From positions 44,832-108,831 of the forward strand of contig JAISVX010000002.1 in the NCBI GenBank assembly GCA_031271345.1: DNA of 64,000 nt, written 5' to 3'. Source of the DNA: Lactobacillaceae bacterium. GTDB lineage: Bacteria; Pseudomonadota; Alphaproteobacteria; RF32; CAG-239. Shown one piece after another: positions 1 to 9,202 of the stretch; the stretch's first letter is position 1, and the number at the start of each line of letters is the position of its first letter. The notes under the pieces were generated by a model that worked only from the letters and a program-made list of their open reading frames with translations, was not told the origin of the DNA and did no database searches. The position numbers and the translations under genes were made by a program.

Positions 1-61
1 ATTTTCAATAATTTTGATGATATTTATATGTTTAGAAGTAACTTTTTAGAAAGGTATAAAA

Positions 62-214
62 ATGAAAAAAGTTTTGCTGCTTGTTGTCTTGTTTGTGCTT
101 GCTGGCTGCGCTGCCGGGGAGTTTGAGGGCAGAGATAAATTTTATGGAAATGAAACAAGCGCCGGTATGTGCGCAGCAAATCCTGATTTATGCTCTGATG
201 ATACAGATTGGTAA
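62..214 (+). CDS. small lipoprotein (50 aa, MKKVLLLVVLFVLAGC...)
   Basis: Manual translation; AAGG RBS-like motif; LAGC lipobox; followed by a terminator; below ORF-track cutoff. Confidence 0.75.
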   Translation: MKKVLLLVVLFVLAGCAAGEFEGRDKFYGNETSAGMCAANPDLCSDDTDW

Positions 215-215
215 G

Positions 216-242
216 AAAAGCTCCTCTTTGAGGAGCTTTTTT
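216..242. terminator. bidirectional intrinsic terminator
   Basis: AAAAGCTCCTC-TTT-GAGGAGCTTTT between convergent genes. Confidence 0.85.
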
Positions 243-364
243 ATTGCTGCTTATTGATTGCGTTTAGAGGATTTATATATTTCTTTGAAGCTGAACTTTG
301 TCTAAGAAGGTTTTTTATATATCATAAAACATGCAAAATATCAAGGATAATATTCCTATGGTAG

Positions 365-1180
365 CTATTCGTTTTCAACAATAACAGATTTGCCAAGTAT
401 AAACTTAGGAGTTTTTCCGCCAAAGCTGTTATATTTTTTTGATAAGTTAAGAGCCTCGCTGTCAATGCCGTTGTTTTGAGACCTTGCCTGGTTTTTTTCT
501 TTATACTCTTCTTTTGCCTCTCTAGGTTTATAAGGGGTTTCTTTTGCAGCGGGAGCGGCTTCTTCGGCTTCCTGCTCTTTAGCTTTATCAACCTTAATCT
601 CTTCCGGGGCTTTTAATATTCTATCAAGAATATCCTGAGTTTCTTTTGAGCGTCGGTTTGTATAAACGACATTTTGTTTATCCGCAGGGAGAATATCAAG
701 AATTTTCTCTAAATTTTCCAGCTGTTTGTTTTTCTTAATGAGGTTTATATCATCAACAACAAGAATATTGATATTCGATAAATCAAGTTTTCCCTCTTCA
801 ACAATTTCAATAAGCAAATCTGGAGAGCCGATAATTACATTGGCTTCGTCATCAATGTTTTCGTCGGTGTCTTTAATCGTTGCCTCGTTGATATTATGAT
901 ACCTGTTAAAAACTGAAAGACGGTCGGAAACCACGACAGATTCTTCGGATGACGGGGTAATTATAAGAATGTTTTGCTTATTATGCTTGCTTATAATATC
1001 AACCAATGGAAAAACATAAGATGTAGTTTTTCCACATTTTTGCGGCGCAATGGTAAAAACATCTTTTCCCTGCAAGATTGAAGGAATAACGTCAGACTGA
1101 ACGGTGGTTGGTTTTTCAATTCCGTTTTCTCTTATGGCTTTTATTGTTTTATCGCTTAATCCTAATTCTTTAAAACTCAT
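365..1180 (-). CDS. DEAD/DEAH-box helicase-like protein, N-terminal RecA domain only, degenerate
   Basis: Q motif (FKELGL...PTTVQ), Walker A-like APQKCGKT, motif II reads VVDDIN; no second RecA domain. Confidence 0.75.
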   Translation of the reverse strand: MSFKELGLSDKTIKAIRENGIEKPTTVQSDVIPSILQGKDVFTIAPQKCGKTTSYVFPLVDIISKHNKQNILIITPSSEESVVVSDRLSVFNRYHNINEATIKDTDENIDDEANVIIGSPDLLIEIVEEGKLDLSNINILVVDDINLIKKNKQLENLEKILDILPADKQNVVYTNRRSKETQDILDRILKAPEEIKVDKAKEQEAEEAAPAAKETPYKPREAKEEYKEKNQARSQNNGIDSEALNLSKKYNSFGGKTPKFILGKSVIVENE

Positions 1181-1252
1181 CTTTTTTCTCTTTTCTTTTA
1201 ATTATTGAAAAGCATATTAGCTTTTTTGCTTTTTTAGTCAAGGGTTTCTCTA

Positions 1253-1615
1253 TCAAACTCTTCCGTAAGTGTCTTCAAATCTGACGATGTCGTTTTCATC
1301 CAAGGTTTCGCCCGTCTGAATTTCGATAAATTCCATGTCTTTATTTGTATCATTTTGAATTCTATGTTTTGTTTCAACGGGGATATAAATAGATTCGTTT
1401 GCTTTCTTTACAATTTTATTTTCGCCTAAAGTAACCAAAGCTTCGCCTTTGACAATAATCCAATGTTCGGCTCTGTGGTGGTGCAGCTGAAGCGATAAGA
1501 TGTTTCCCGGAGTTACCATAATTCTTTTAACGCAAAAACCGTCTCCGCTGTCTAGAACTTCCCATGTTCCCCAAGGTCTTGTATCTTTATCGCCTCTTCT
1601 GTAATTGTTGCCCAT
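1253..1615 (-). CDS. stand-alone cupin, type II mannose-6-phosphate isomerase C-terminal domain
   Basis: RPWG, LSLQLHHHRAEHW and EIQTG..LDENDIVRFED.YGR motifs. Confidence 0.85.
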   Translation of the reverse strand: MGNNYRRGDKDTRPWGTWEVLDSGDGFCVKRIMVTPGNILSLQLHHHRAEHWIIVKGEALVTLGENKIVKKANESIYIPVETKHRIQNDTNKDMEFIEIQTGETLDENDIVRFEDTYGRV

Positions 1616-1717
1616 TTTTTTATCCTTATAACTGTGTTATGAAAGTTGATTTCTAACTTGATGAGAACTAATATAGGCGATATGAGCAAAATCGCAAGGC
1701 AAAAAATAGGACAGAGG

Positions 1718-3985
1718 ATGAAATCACCTTCTTTAGAAAAAGCGTTTAATATTATGAAATCAATGCGGGAAGTGGCGGAAAACACGAAAATAAGTGTTTC
1801 TGAAAAGTTTGCGCGCCTGGTCAAAATAATTGCTTTAGCTTTAAATGCCGACGCTTCTTCATGCTATGTCGGAATTGACAACAGCCATCTTGAGCTTTTT
1901 GCAACCGAGGGTCTGAACGCTAAAATGGTTAATAAAATTACCTTAAGATACGGCGAAGGCATTGTCGGCGATGTCGCAAAATTTAAACGTCCGATAAATA
2001 CTTCGGACGCTTGGCAGTATCCGAATTTTTCATATAAATCCGACCTCGGGGAAGAAGATTTCAGAGCTTTTTTGGGCGTTCCGCTAATCCGTTGGGACAA
2101 GGCTGTAGGCGTGTTGGCTATTCAAAGAAGAGCCAAGGTTGATTTTAATGATGAAGAGGTTTCGCTTTTGGAAACTCTGGCAATGATTTTATCAGAGTAT
2201 GTGGCTTCAAACGAGGTTCTTGACTATGTCCGCAAGTTTGGCGAAGAAAAAGGTCTGGCATTAAAAGACAAAATAAAAGGCGTAAGCCTGAGCAAAGGAT
2301 ACGGGCTGGGAAATGCGGTTGTTCATAAAAGGGGCGGTATTATTACAAAAATCTTTGCCGAAAACAAAGAATTTGAACTTGAGAGACTGAAATTTGCCCA
2401 CGAAAGAATGAACAAAGATTTGGATGAAAAATTCAAAAATACGCAGCTGGGAATTGGCGAACATCTGGATATTTTAGACGCGTACAAAATGTTTGCAAAT
2501 GATAAGGGCTGGTACAAAAAAATTGAGAACAATGTCGAAAACGGCTTAACTGCCGAAGCCGCGGTTGAGCGCGCTTATGAAGACATGTGGAACAGGTTGT
2601 CATCGACATCCGACGCTTATCTGAAAGAGCGCCTGCACGATTTGCGCGATGTCGCGGACAGGCTTCAGTCTTACATAAGCGGAGATATAACCTATGAGGA
2701 TAACATTGACAGCAATGATATAATAATTGTCGCAAAAGTAATGGGTCCGGCAGATTTAATGGATTATAACCATAGCAAAATCAGAGGTCTGATTATTGAA
2801 GACGGCACTCCGACAATGCATGTTTCAATAGTTGCGAAGGCTCTGAATATACCGGTTATCGCCAAAACCAAAGGGATATTCGACGAGGTGAAAAACGGAG
2901 AACTGCTTGCCGTTGACGGCGAGGATGGTTATGTTTATATTAATCCGTCGACGGAAGTTCAGGCAAAAATAAAAAATAAAATCGCCGAGAAAAAAGAGCA
3001 GTCCGCAAAACTGGAAGAGTTAAAGAAATTTCCATCGACAAGCATTGACGGCAAAAAGTTCAATATGTATATAAACGTAGGTCTTTCATTTGACTTTGAT
3101 TATCTTGATACGACAAATTGCGACGGCGTCGGGCTGTATAGGACAGAGATTCCTTTTATGACCGCGTCTTCAATGCCGAGCGTGGAAGAGCAGCTGCCGT
3201 TTTATAAAGAGCTGATGGGCAAAGCCGGCAGAAAAAAAGTTATTTTCCGAAGCTTAGACGTGGGATCTGACAAGCTTCTTCCCTATTGGTCGGGAGTATC
3301 GGAAGAAAACCCGGCAATAGGCTGGCGTTCGATTCGCATAACCCTTGACAGGCGCGCGATTTTGCGTAAACAGCTTCGCGCTTTTATTATTGCAGCCGCG
3401 GGAAAAGAGCTGAACGTGATGTTTCCGATGATTTCGGATTTGGAAGAATTTGAAGAAGCAAAAGAAACTCTGATGATTGAGCTGGAAAAAGAACAAAAGA
3501 AGGGTTTCGATATTCCTAAAAAAATTAATATCGGTATTATGGTTGAAGTTCCGTCAATTATTTTTCTGCTTGACGAGGTTTTGGAAAAAGCCGATTTTAT
3601 TTCTATAGGAACTAACGATTTGTCGCAGTTTATTTTTGCCTGCGACAGAGGAAATGCCAGACTCAATGACAGGTACGACGTCTTATCGGTGCCGTTTCTT
3701 CGGGTTATGAAAGAGATTTTAGATAAAGCAAACAAAGCGGGCGTGCAGTGTTCGGTTTGCGGAGAGATGGCGAGCAACCCTATAGAAGCTCTTGCTTTGG
3801 TTGGACTTGGATATAGAAACCTTTCAATGTCAGGGGCGTCTTTCGGTCGTGTTAAGAGCATGATAAAATCTGTAAAGGTTGCGGAAATAGAAGATTATAT
3901 AAACGAGCTTTTAAAGACATCGCAAAAGACAATAAGACCGCAGTTAATTTCATTTGCTTATGATCATGGTATTGATATTTATTAG
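1718..3985 (+). CDS. ptsP: PEP-protein phosphotransferase EI(Ntr) with GAF domain
   Basis: N-terminal GAF; TPTMHVSIVAK phospho-His site; GVGLYRTE, EENPAIGWR, SIGTNDL, CGEMA; start moved to ATG after GAGG. Confidence 0.93.
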   Translation: MKSPSLEKAFNIMKSMREVAENTKISVSEKFARLVKIIALALNADASSCYVGIDNSHLELFATEGLNAKMVNKITLRYGEGIVGDVAKFKRPINTSDAWQYPNFSYKSDLGEEDFRAFLGVPLIRWDKAVGVLAIQRRAKVDFNDEEVSLLETLAMILSEYVASNEVLDYVRKFGEEKGLALKDKIKGVSLSKGYGLGNAVVHKRGGIITKIFAENKEFELERLKFAHERMNKDLDEKFKNTQLGIGEHLDILDAYKMFANDKGWYKKIENNVENGLTAEAAVERAYEDMWNRLSSTSDAYLKERLHDLRDVADRLQSYISGDITYEDNIDSNDIIIVAKVMGPADLMDYNHSKIRGLIIEDGTPTMHVSIVAKALNIPVIAKTKGIFDEVKNGELLAVDGEDGYVYINPSTEVQAKIKNKIAEKKEQSAKLEELKKFPSTSIDGKKFNMYINVGLSFDFDYLDTTNCDGVGLYRTEIPFMTASSMPSVEEQLPFYKELMGKAGRKKVIFRSLDVGSDKLLPYWSGVSEENPAIGWRSIRITLDRRAILRKQLRAFIIAAAGKELNVMFPMISDLEEFEEAKETLMIELEKEQKKGFDIPKKINIGIMVEVPSIIFLLDEVLEKADFISIGTNDLSQFIFACDRGNARLNDRYDVLSVPFLRVMKEILDKANKAGVQCSVCGEMASNPIEALALVGLGYRNLSMSGASFGRVKSMIKSVKVAEIEDYINELLKTSQKTIRPQLISFAYDHGIDIY

Positions 3986-3990
3986 CAAAC

Positions 3991-4980
3991 GTGGTAAAAA
4001 ATTCTGGATATAAAAAAATTTGGGGAACAAAAGTGGAAGAATTAGACAGCAAGACTGAGGCAATGGAAAAATCGGAAACAAAAAATAACAAAAGAACAGA
4101 AGTTTCTGTTGAGGAAACCGCCGTTGAAAAAGTTGGCGACATGATTCGCAATGCAAGAATTAAAAAGAAAGTTGACATCAGCGAAGTCTCGGAAGATTTG
4201 CGCATTAGAAGAGTCTTTTTAGAAGCTATTGAAACCAGTAATTATAATGTCTTGCCAGGGTTCCCGTATAATGTCGGGTTTATCCGCTCTTATGCCGACT
4301 ATTTAGGCTTAAGCGGCTCTCGCATGGCAGATTTATACAGGACGGAGCTTGATATAAAAGATGGAAATAATAAAGGTTTCTCCCAGGAAAATATTGAAAC
4401 AGAGTCGAGCATTCCGTGTAAAAAATGTATAATAATAAGCGTTATTGCCGCGTCTTTGCTGTATTTTGCGTGGTTTGCCTTTAACAAATATAACAGCGAA
4501 TATGCAAATGTCGAAGCCTTAGAAACGGTTGGGGAGGTTTCTGAAGATTTTGCCCTCCAGATAGAAGACTTGTCTTCCGAGATTGTTGAAAACGGCGGAG
4601 TTATTGAGATTATTGATTTAACGGATACTGAAGAAGCGGAAGTCGAAGGAGATCAGATAACCGTTGAAGACGGCGTTTATTTGGTTGACGATGCCGAGAA
4701 TACAAGTGTTTCGGAAGACGTTCAGGCTAAAGGCGTTGAAGTTAAGATGATAAAAAGGATTTGGTTTGAAGCCAAAGATGATAAAAAACTTTATGTCAGC
4801 AAAATCTTTGAAGAAGGCAGCGCATATAAAATCCCGAAAAAACCCGGCATGATTATATCTGTCGGAGACCCTGACGCCGTAGAGGTTTATGTTGACGGCG
4901 GTTTAGTAGCGGATGTGTTTACCCGCCGTAAGAAAACTAATGTAAATTTAGACAGCTTTATTGACAAAGCTCGACATTAA
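3991..4980 (+). CDS. rodZ: RodZ-like HTH / TM / DUF4115 protein
   Basis: HTH with GFIRSYADYLGL, single TM helix, C-terminal beta domain; alphaproteobacterial position after ptsP. Confidence 0.8.
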   Translation: MVKNSGYKKIWGTKVEELDSKTEAMEKSETKNNKRTEVSVEETAVEKVGDMIRNARIKKKVDISEVSEDLRIRRVFLEAIETSNYNVLPGFPYNVGFIRSYADYLGLSGSRMADLYRTELDIKDGNNKGFSQENIETESSIPCKKCIIISVIAASLLYFAWFAFNKYNSEYANVEALETVGEVSEDFALQIEDLSSEIVENGGVIEIIDLTDTEEAEVEGDQITVEDGVYLVDDAENTSVSEDVQAKGVEVKMIKRIWFEAKDDKKLYVSKIFEEGSAYKIPKKPGMIISVGDPDAVEVYVDGGLVADVFTRRKKTNVNLDSFIDKARH

Positions 4981-5077
4981 CGGACCTTATATTTTGGAAA
5001 ATAGCAGGTTTAATTTACTTGCTGTTTTCTTTTGTTTTTATAAAGTAAAAAAAGAAGATTAGAAAAAGGTAAAAAAA

Positions 5078-6310
5078 ATGGAAAAGTTGCAAGCGGTTAG
5101 AGGAACAAGAGATTTATATGGTCAAGACAAGCTCAAAATGAAAAAGGTTATTGAAGTTGGCTCGAAAGTTGTTGAGAGATACGGCTTTGAAGAAATAGAA
5201 ACTCCAGTGTTTGAGTTTACGGAAGTTTTCGCCAGAAACATCGGCGAAACAACGGATATTGTTACAAAAGAAATGTACAGCTTTGAAAAAGGCGGCGACC
5301 ATTTGACTCTTCGTCCGGAAGGAACCGCCGGCGTAGTCAGAGCGTTTGTGTCAAACGGCATGCATAGGCAGCTTCCGTTAAAAGCTTACTATTATGGCCC
5401 GATGTTTAGATATGAGCGTCCGCAAAAGGGTCGATACCGCCAGCTTACCCAATTTGGAGCCGAGCTTTTGGGCGTTGAAAGCCCGCAGGTTGACGTTGAA
5501 GTTATTGCGATGGCTTATAACTTTTTAGAAGATTTAGGACTGACTGGAAAAGTTACCGTTGAGATAAATTCTCTGGGAGACGAAGAAAGCCGCAAAGCTT
5601 ATCGCGAGAAGCTGGTTTCTTATTTGCGGGGCTATTATGACAAGCTTTCGGAAGACAGCAAAAACCGTTTGGAAAAAAACCCTCTCCGCGTTCTCGATTC
5701 TAAAGAAGAATGCGATAAAGAGATTGTTGCCAATGCTCCTCTATATAGAGACAGCTGGAATGAAAGCTCGCGCGGTTTTTTTGAGGAAGTTATAAAAGGA
5801 TTGGATAATTTAGGCATTAAATATGTAATTAATGATCGCCTGGTTAGGGGTTTGGATTATTATAATCATACGGTTTTTGAACTGACGACTGATAAACTTG
5901 GTTCTCAGGGTACGGTTCTTGCCGGCGGTCGTTATAACGGGCTGGTTCAGCAAATGGGCGGCGGCGATGTCGCGGGCATAGGCTGGGCGGGCGGCGTAGA
6001 CAGGCTTGCTATGCTTATTGACGAAGATGTTTTTGTTGAAAGACCCGTTGCCTTAATTCCAACCGGCGACGATGTTGATGCCAAAGCTCTTGTGATTGCG
6101 TATAACCTTCGTAAGGCAGGGATTAAAGTTGAGCATTCTTACAGCGGCAGCTTCAAAAAAAGATTTGAAAAAGCCAATAAGGTCAACGCCTGTAAAGCAA
6201 TAATTTTGGGTTCTGATGAATTAAGGAATAATGAGGTTGTAATAAAAGATTTGGACAGCGGCGAGCAGAAGACGGTTGCTCTCGACAAGTTGATTGAGGA
6301 ATTAAGATAA
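5078..6310 (+). CDS. hisS: histidine--tRNA ligase
   Basis: [31 protein letters not shown] motifs. Confidence 0.97.
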   Translation: MEKLQAVRGTRDLYGQDKLKMKKVIEVGSKVVERYGFEEIETPVFEFTEVFARNIGETTDIVTKEMYSFEKGGDHLTLRPEGTAGVVRAFVSNGMHRQLPLKAYYYGPMFRYERPQKGRYRQLTQFGAELLGVESPQVDVEVIAMAYNFLEDLGLTGKVTVEINSLGDEESRKAYREKLVSYLRGYYDKLSEDSKNRLEKNPLRVLDSKEECDKEIVANAPLYRDSWNESSRGFFEEVIKGLDNLGIKYVINDRLVRGLDYYNHTVFELTTDKLGSQGTVLAGGRYNGLVQQMGGGDVAGIGWAGGVDRLAMLIDEDVFVERPVALIPTGDDVDAKALVIAYNLRKAGIKVEHSYSGSFKKRFEKANKVNACKAIILGSDELRNNEVVIKDLDSGEQKTVALDKLIEELR

Positions 6311-7383
6311 TGAGTTTTATTGAGAAGTTATCAAACGTAGTAAACAGATATGAAGAGATAAACGCGCTTTTGTCGTCTCCAAATGTAAACCCGGACGATT
6401 TGGTTAAGATGAATAAAGAGCTTTCAAATCTTACGCCGATTGTTGAGGCTATACAAAACTATAAACGTATGGAAAAAAATATGAAAGACGCGGAAGCAAT
6501 GATGGGCGACGCTTCTTTGGACAAGGATATGAAAGAGTTGGCGGAGGCGGAATATTATGAGCTGAAAGACCAGCTTCCCGAGTTGGAAAAGGCGATAAAG
6601 ATTTTGCTTTTGCCAAAGGATGAAGAAGATGAGAAGAATGCCATACTTGAAGTCCGCGCGGGGACAGGCGGTGACGAAGCCGCTCTCTTTGCGACAGTTT
6701 TGTTTGAGATGTATAAGCGTTACGCTGGTCTTCAAGGCTGGAAATTCGAAGAAATGGATGTCAGCGAAAACGGTCTTGGCGGATATAAAGAAGCCTCAGC
6801 CAGCATTACTGGAAAAGATGTGTTCTCAAAGCTCAAATTTGAGTCCGGAGCGCACCGCGTGCAGCGCGTTCCAGTAACGGAATCTCAGGGACGCGTTCAT
6901 ACGTCGGCGGCAACCGTTGCCGTGCTGCCGGAAGTTGAGGAGGTTGATTTATACATCAATCCGACAGATTTGAAAATTGATGTGTATCGCGCGAGCGGTG
7001 CCGGTGGACAGCACGTAAATAAAACAGAATCTGCCGTGCGTATCACACATCTGCCGACAAACACAGTTGTTCAGTGTCAGGACGGGCGCTCGCAATTCAA
7101 AAATAAAGAGCAGGCTATGCGCCAATTGCGCGCCAAACTTTATGATGTTCAGAGAGAGACAAAAGACGCAGAATATTCAGAACGCAGAAAACTTCAAGTC
7201 GGCAGCGGCGACAGAAGCGAAAGAATTAGAACCTACAACTATCCTCAAGGCCGTGTAACGGACCATAGAATCAACTTGACTTTATATAAGCTTGACGAAG
7301 TTGTCAGTGGAGACGCTTTAGGCGAAATAATCGACGCTTTGGTTTCGGAAGACCAGGCGCAAAGACTGGCAGAGTTGGATTAA
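6310..7383 (+). CDS. prfA: peptide chain release factor 1
   Basis: PVT anticodon mimic (RVPVTE) and GGQ motif. Confidence 0.97.
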   Translation: MSFIEKLSNVVNRYEEINALLSSPNVNPDDLVKMNKELSNLTPIVEAIQNYKRMEKNMKDAEAMMGDASLDKDMKELAEAEYYELKDQLPELEKAIKILLLPKDEEDEKNAILEVRAGTGGDEAALFATVLFEMYKRYAGLQGWKFEEMDVSENGLGGYKEASASITGKDVFSKLKFESGAHRVQRVPVTESQGRVHTSAATVAVLPEVEEVDLYINPTDLKIDVYRASGAGGQHVNKTESAVRITHLPTNTVVQCQDGRSQFKNKEQAMRQLRAKLYDVQRETKDAEYSERRKLQVGSGDRSERIRTYNYPQGRVTDHRINLTLYKLDEVVSGDALGEIIDALVSEDQAQRLAELD

Positions 7384-7388
7384 AATGC

Positions 7389-7425
7389 CAAGAGGCTCTA
7401 ATTCTTTTCGAATTAGAGCCTCTTT
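7389..7425. terminator. bidirectional terminator
   Basis: AGAGGCTCTAATTC / GAATTAGAGCCTCT perfect stem between convergent genes. Confidence 0.85.
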
Positions 7426-7434
7426 AGTAAAGTG

Positions 7435-8064
7435 TTACGACGGTTGTTGTTTAAAGTCGTAAATGGTGTTTTCTCCCTTGGTCATGAAAGCCCAGTATTT
7501 GTCGCCGTACGACCAATGCCACCACCAGACGGGATAGTTTACAAAGCCGGCTTCTTTCATGGCTTTTGCCAGTTTGTTGCGGTTAATCCTTGCCTTTCTG
7601 CTAATATACTTAGCGTCGGTAAAGGTGTCCGTCTCCGACATCGTCAGCGGTTTTCCTGTTTTCTCATCAGCCAGAGTCAGGTTGACAGCGGCGCCGGTAA
7701 CATAAGGAGCGACATTTACGGGGGCGATAAACCTGGAGCATCTTTCAAACAGTTCCTCATCGGTTTGTTTGGGAAAGCTCTTTTTCAGGTCTTTCATTCT
7801 TGCGTCCCATAACGCTTTTTGCTTGTCCAGAGGTCTATGACACTCTCTAATCAGAAACTTAACCCCGGAAGGCAGCAAATCTTGAGCATGAACAAGCATC
7901 TCGCCGATTCTTCTTCGCCCGAAATGTCTTTTCTCATAGATGGCTTCTTCCGTAAAGGTGAGTTCTGGAAACTCGGTAAGGAAATTAACTAGCGAACTGC
8001 CGTCTTCCTTAGAGGGAATGCTAGATATTCTATCATCTCCCATAAAAACGATTTTCTGTTCCAT
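7435..8064 (-). CDS. M15 D-Ala-D-Ala dipeptidase (VanX/DdpX)-like protein, predicted inactive
   Basis: HRP, GAAVNLTL and AGFVNYP..WWHWSYGD family scaffold, with Zn-ligand and catalytic residues substituted. Confidence 0.8.
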   Translation of the reverse strand: MEQKIVFMGDDRISSIPSKEDGSSLVNFLTEFPELTFTEEAIYEKRHFGRRRIGEMLVHAQDLLPSGVKFLIRECHRPLDKQKALWDARMKDLKKSFPKQTDEELFERCSRFIAPVNVAPYVTGAAVNLTLADEKTGKPLTMSETDTFTDAKYISRKARINRNKLAKAMKEAGFVNYPVWWWHWSYGDKYWAFMTKGENTIYDFKQQPS

Positions 8065-8146
8065 AATAAATGTTTTTAATTTGAATTTGGTTAGAGGGTA
8101 TCATTGTTTCAAATTTAAAACAAGGAGTTTGTTTGAAAACCAAGAC

Positions 8147-8764
8147 TTAAGATTTTTCTGAAGAAGGTTTTTTGCTGATGAATTTGTTATTTTTTATCAT
8201 AAAACGCCAAGGTTTGTCTTTATACTCTTTTGCATAGTCAATCCCTATTCTTTTATCTGCGATGACTTCTACGTTTTCTGATTTAGGGGAAATCCAGAGC
8301 GTATTTCCAGTTAAATCAAGAGCGTTATGCTCGCGGGTTATTGCTAAAGCTTTGCACAGTTTTCCAGGTCCAGTTGTCAGGTTTAAAATATTGTCCGTCT
8401 TCCTGCGCTCTTTCATTATCTCTATTCCGAAAACAGGTTCCAGGGAGCGGATTAAAATTGCGTTGGCAGTGTTTTTTGGGCTTGTTACGACATTGAACTG
8501 ATTGTGCATTCCGTATACGAAAAATACATAAGATTTTCCGCCCGCTTCAAACATAACCTCGTTTCTGGGCGTTTTTTTGTTTGGATAAGCATGGCTCGCC
8601 TTATCCTCGGCTCCAATATAAACTTCAAGCTCCGTAATTTTTCCAACCGTAAATTTATTATCAATGCTGCTGCACAGATAAGCCCCAAGCAAAAGCTCTT
8701 TTGCGACATAAAAAACATCTTTAAGATATTCTTCTTTTTTTATTTTATCTGCAAATGTTTCCAC
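8147..8764 (-). CDS. mpg: 3-methyladenine DNA glycosylase (Mpg/AAG family)
   Basis: ITELEVYIG..DKASHA, YVFFVYGMH, AILIRSLEP, GPGKLCKAL, RIGI, PWRF; GTG start at 8764 after GGAG. Confidence 0.9.
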   Translation of the reverse strand: METFADKIKKEEYLKDVFYVAKELLLGAYLCSSIDNKFTVGKITELEVYIGAEDKASHAYPNKKTPRNEVMFEAGGKSYVFFVYGMHNQFNVVTSPKNTANAILIRSLEPVFGIEIMKERRKTDNILNLTTGPGKLCKALAITREHNALDLTGNTLWISPKSENVEVIADKRIGIDYAKEYKDKPWRFMIKNNKFISKKPSSEKS

Positions 8765-9059
8765 CCAGGAAAAACTCCGCATAAATGTCTCTGGTGCCAT
8801 AAGATATGAAGCCGACAAGCACATAAATTCCTAAAAACAGGGATAGTTTAAGCCATTTTCCTTTGACTTTATTTTTAAGGAGCAGATAGATTGCCAAAGC
8901 TGTTCCGAGCAAAGTGCCGTTAAGAACCAGAATTTCCTGGCGGTTCATCTCAAAACTTGTACACATATAGTAGGCGGAATATACGTTTAAGTATATGGCG
9001 GCGCAGATAAGCGCGACAATTTTTATTGTTTTAAACAAAAAAACAAAAAACTTTTTCAT
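8745..9059 (-). CDS. small membrane protein (3 predicted TM helices)
   Basis: GGGG RBS-like motif; hydrophobic segments; overlaps mpg start. Confidence 0.65.
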   Translation of the reverse strand: MKKFFVFLFKTIKIVALICAAIYLNVYSAYYMCTSFEMNRQEILVLNGTLLGTALAIYLLLKNKVKGKWLKLSLFLGIYVLVGFISYGTRDIYAEFFLGGNICR

Positions 9060-9202
9060 CTGTTTCCCCTTTTATTCCAGTTAATGACCAGATTGTAATT
9101 GTTTAATTATAATAATCAATAAATAACTATCTTAAAACTCCTTTTTTAAAGTTGTATGAACAGTCTTTAGTAGTTATTATATTTTCAGTTTAAGAGGGAA
9201 TA

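Noticed and set aside
3283-3861. Long antisense ORFs (also 12082..12630, 33842..34393, 38507..39142)
   Set aside because: Fully antisense to well-supported genes, with no motifs
8745-8824. Programmed frameshift fusing the membrane ORF to mpg
   Set aside because: A GTG start with GGAG RBS at 8764 explains the overlap as ordinary translational coupling
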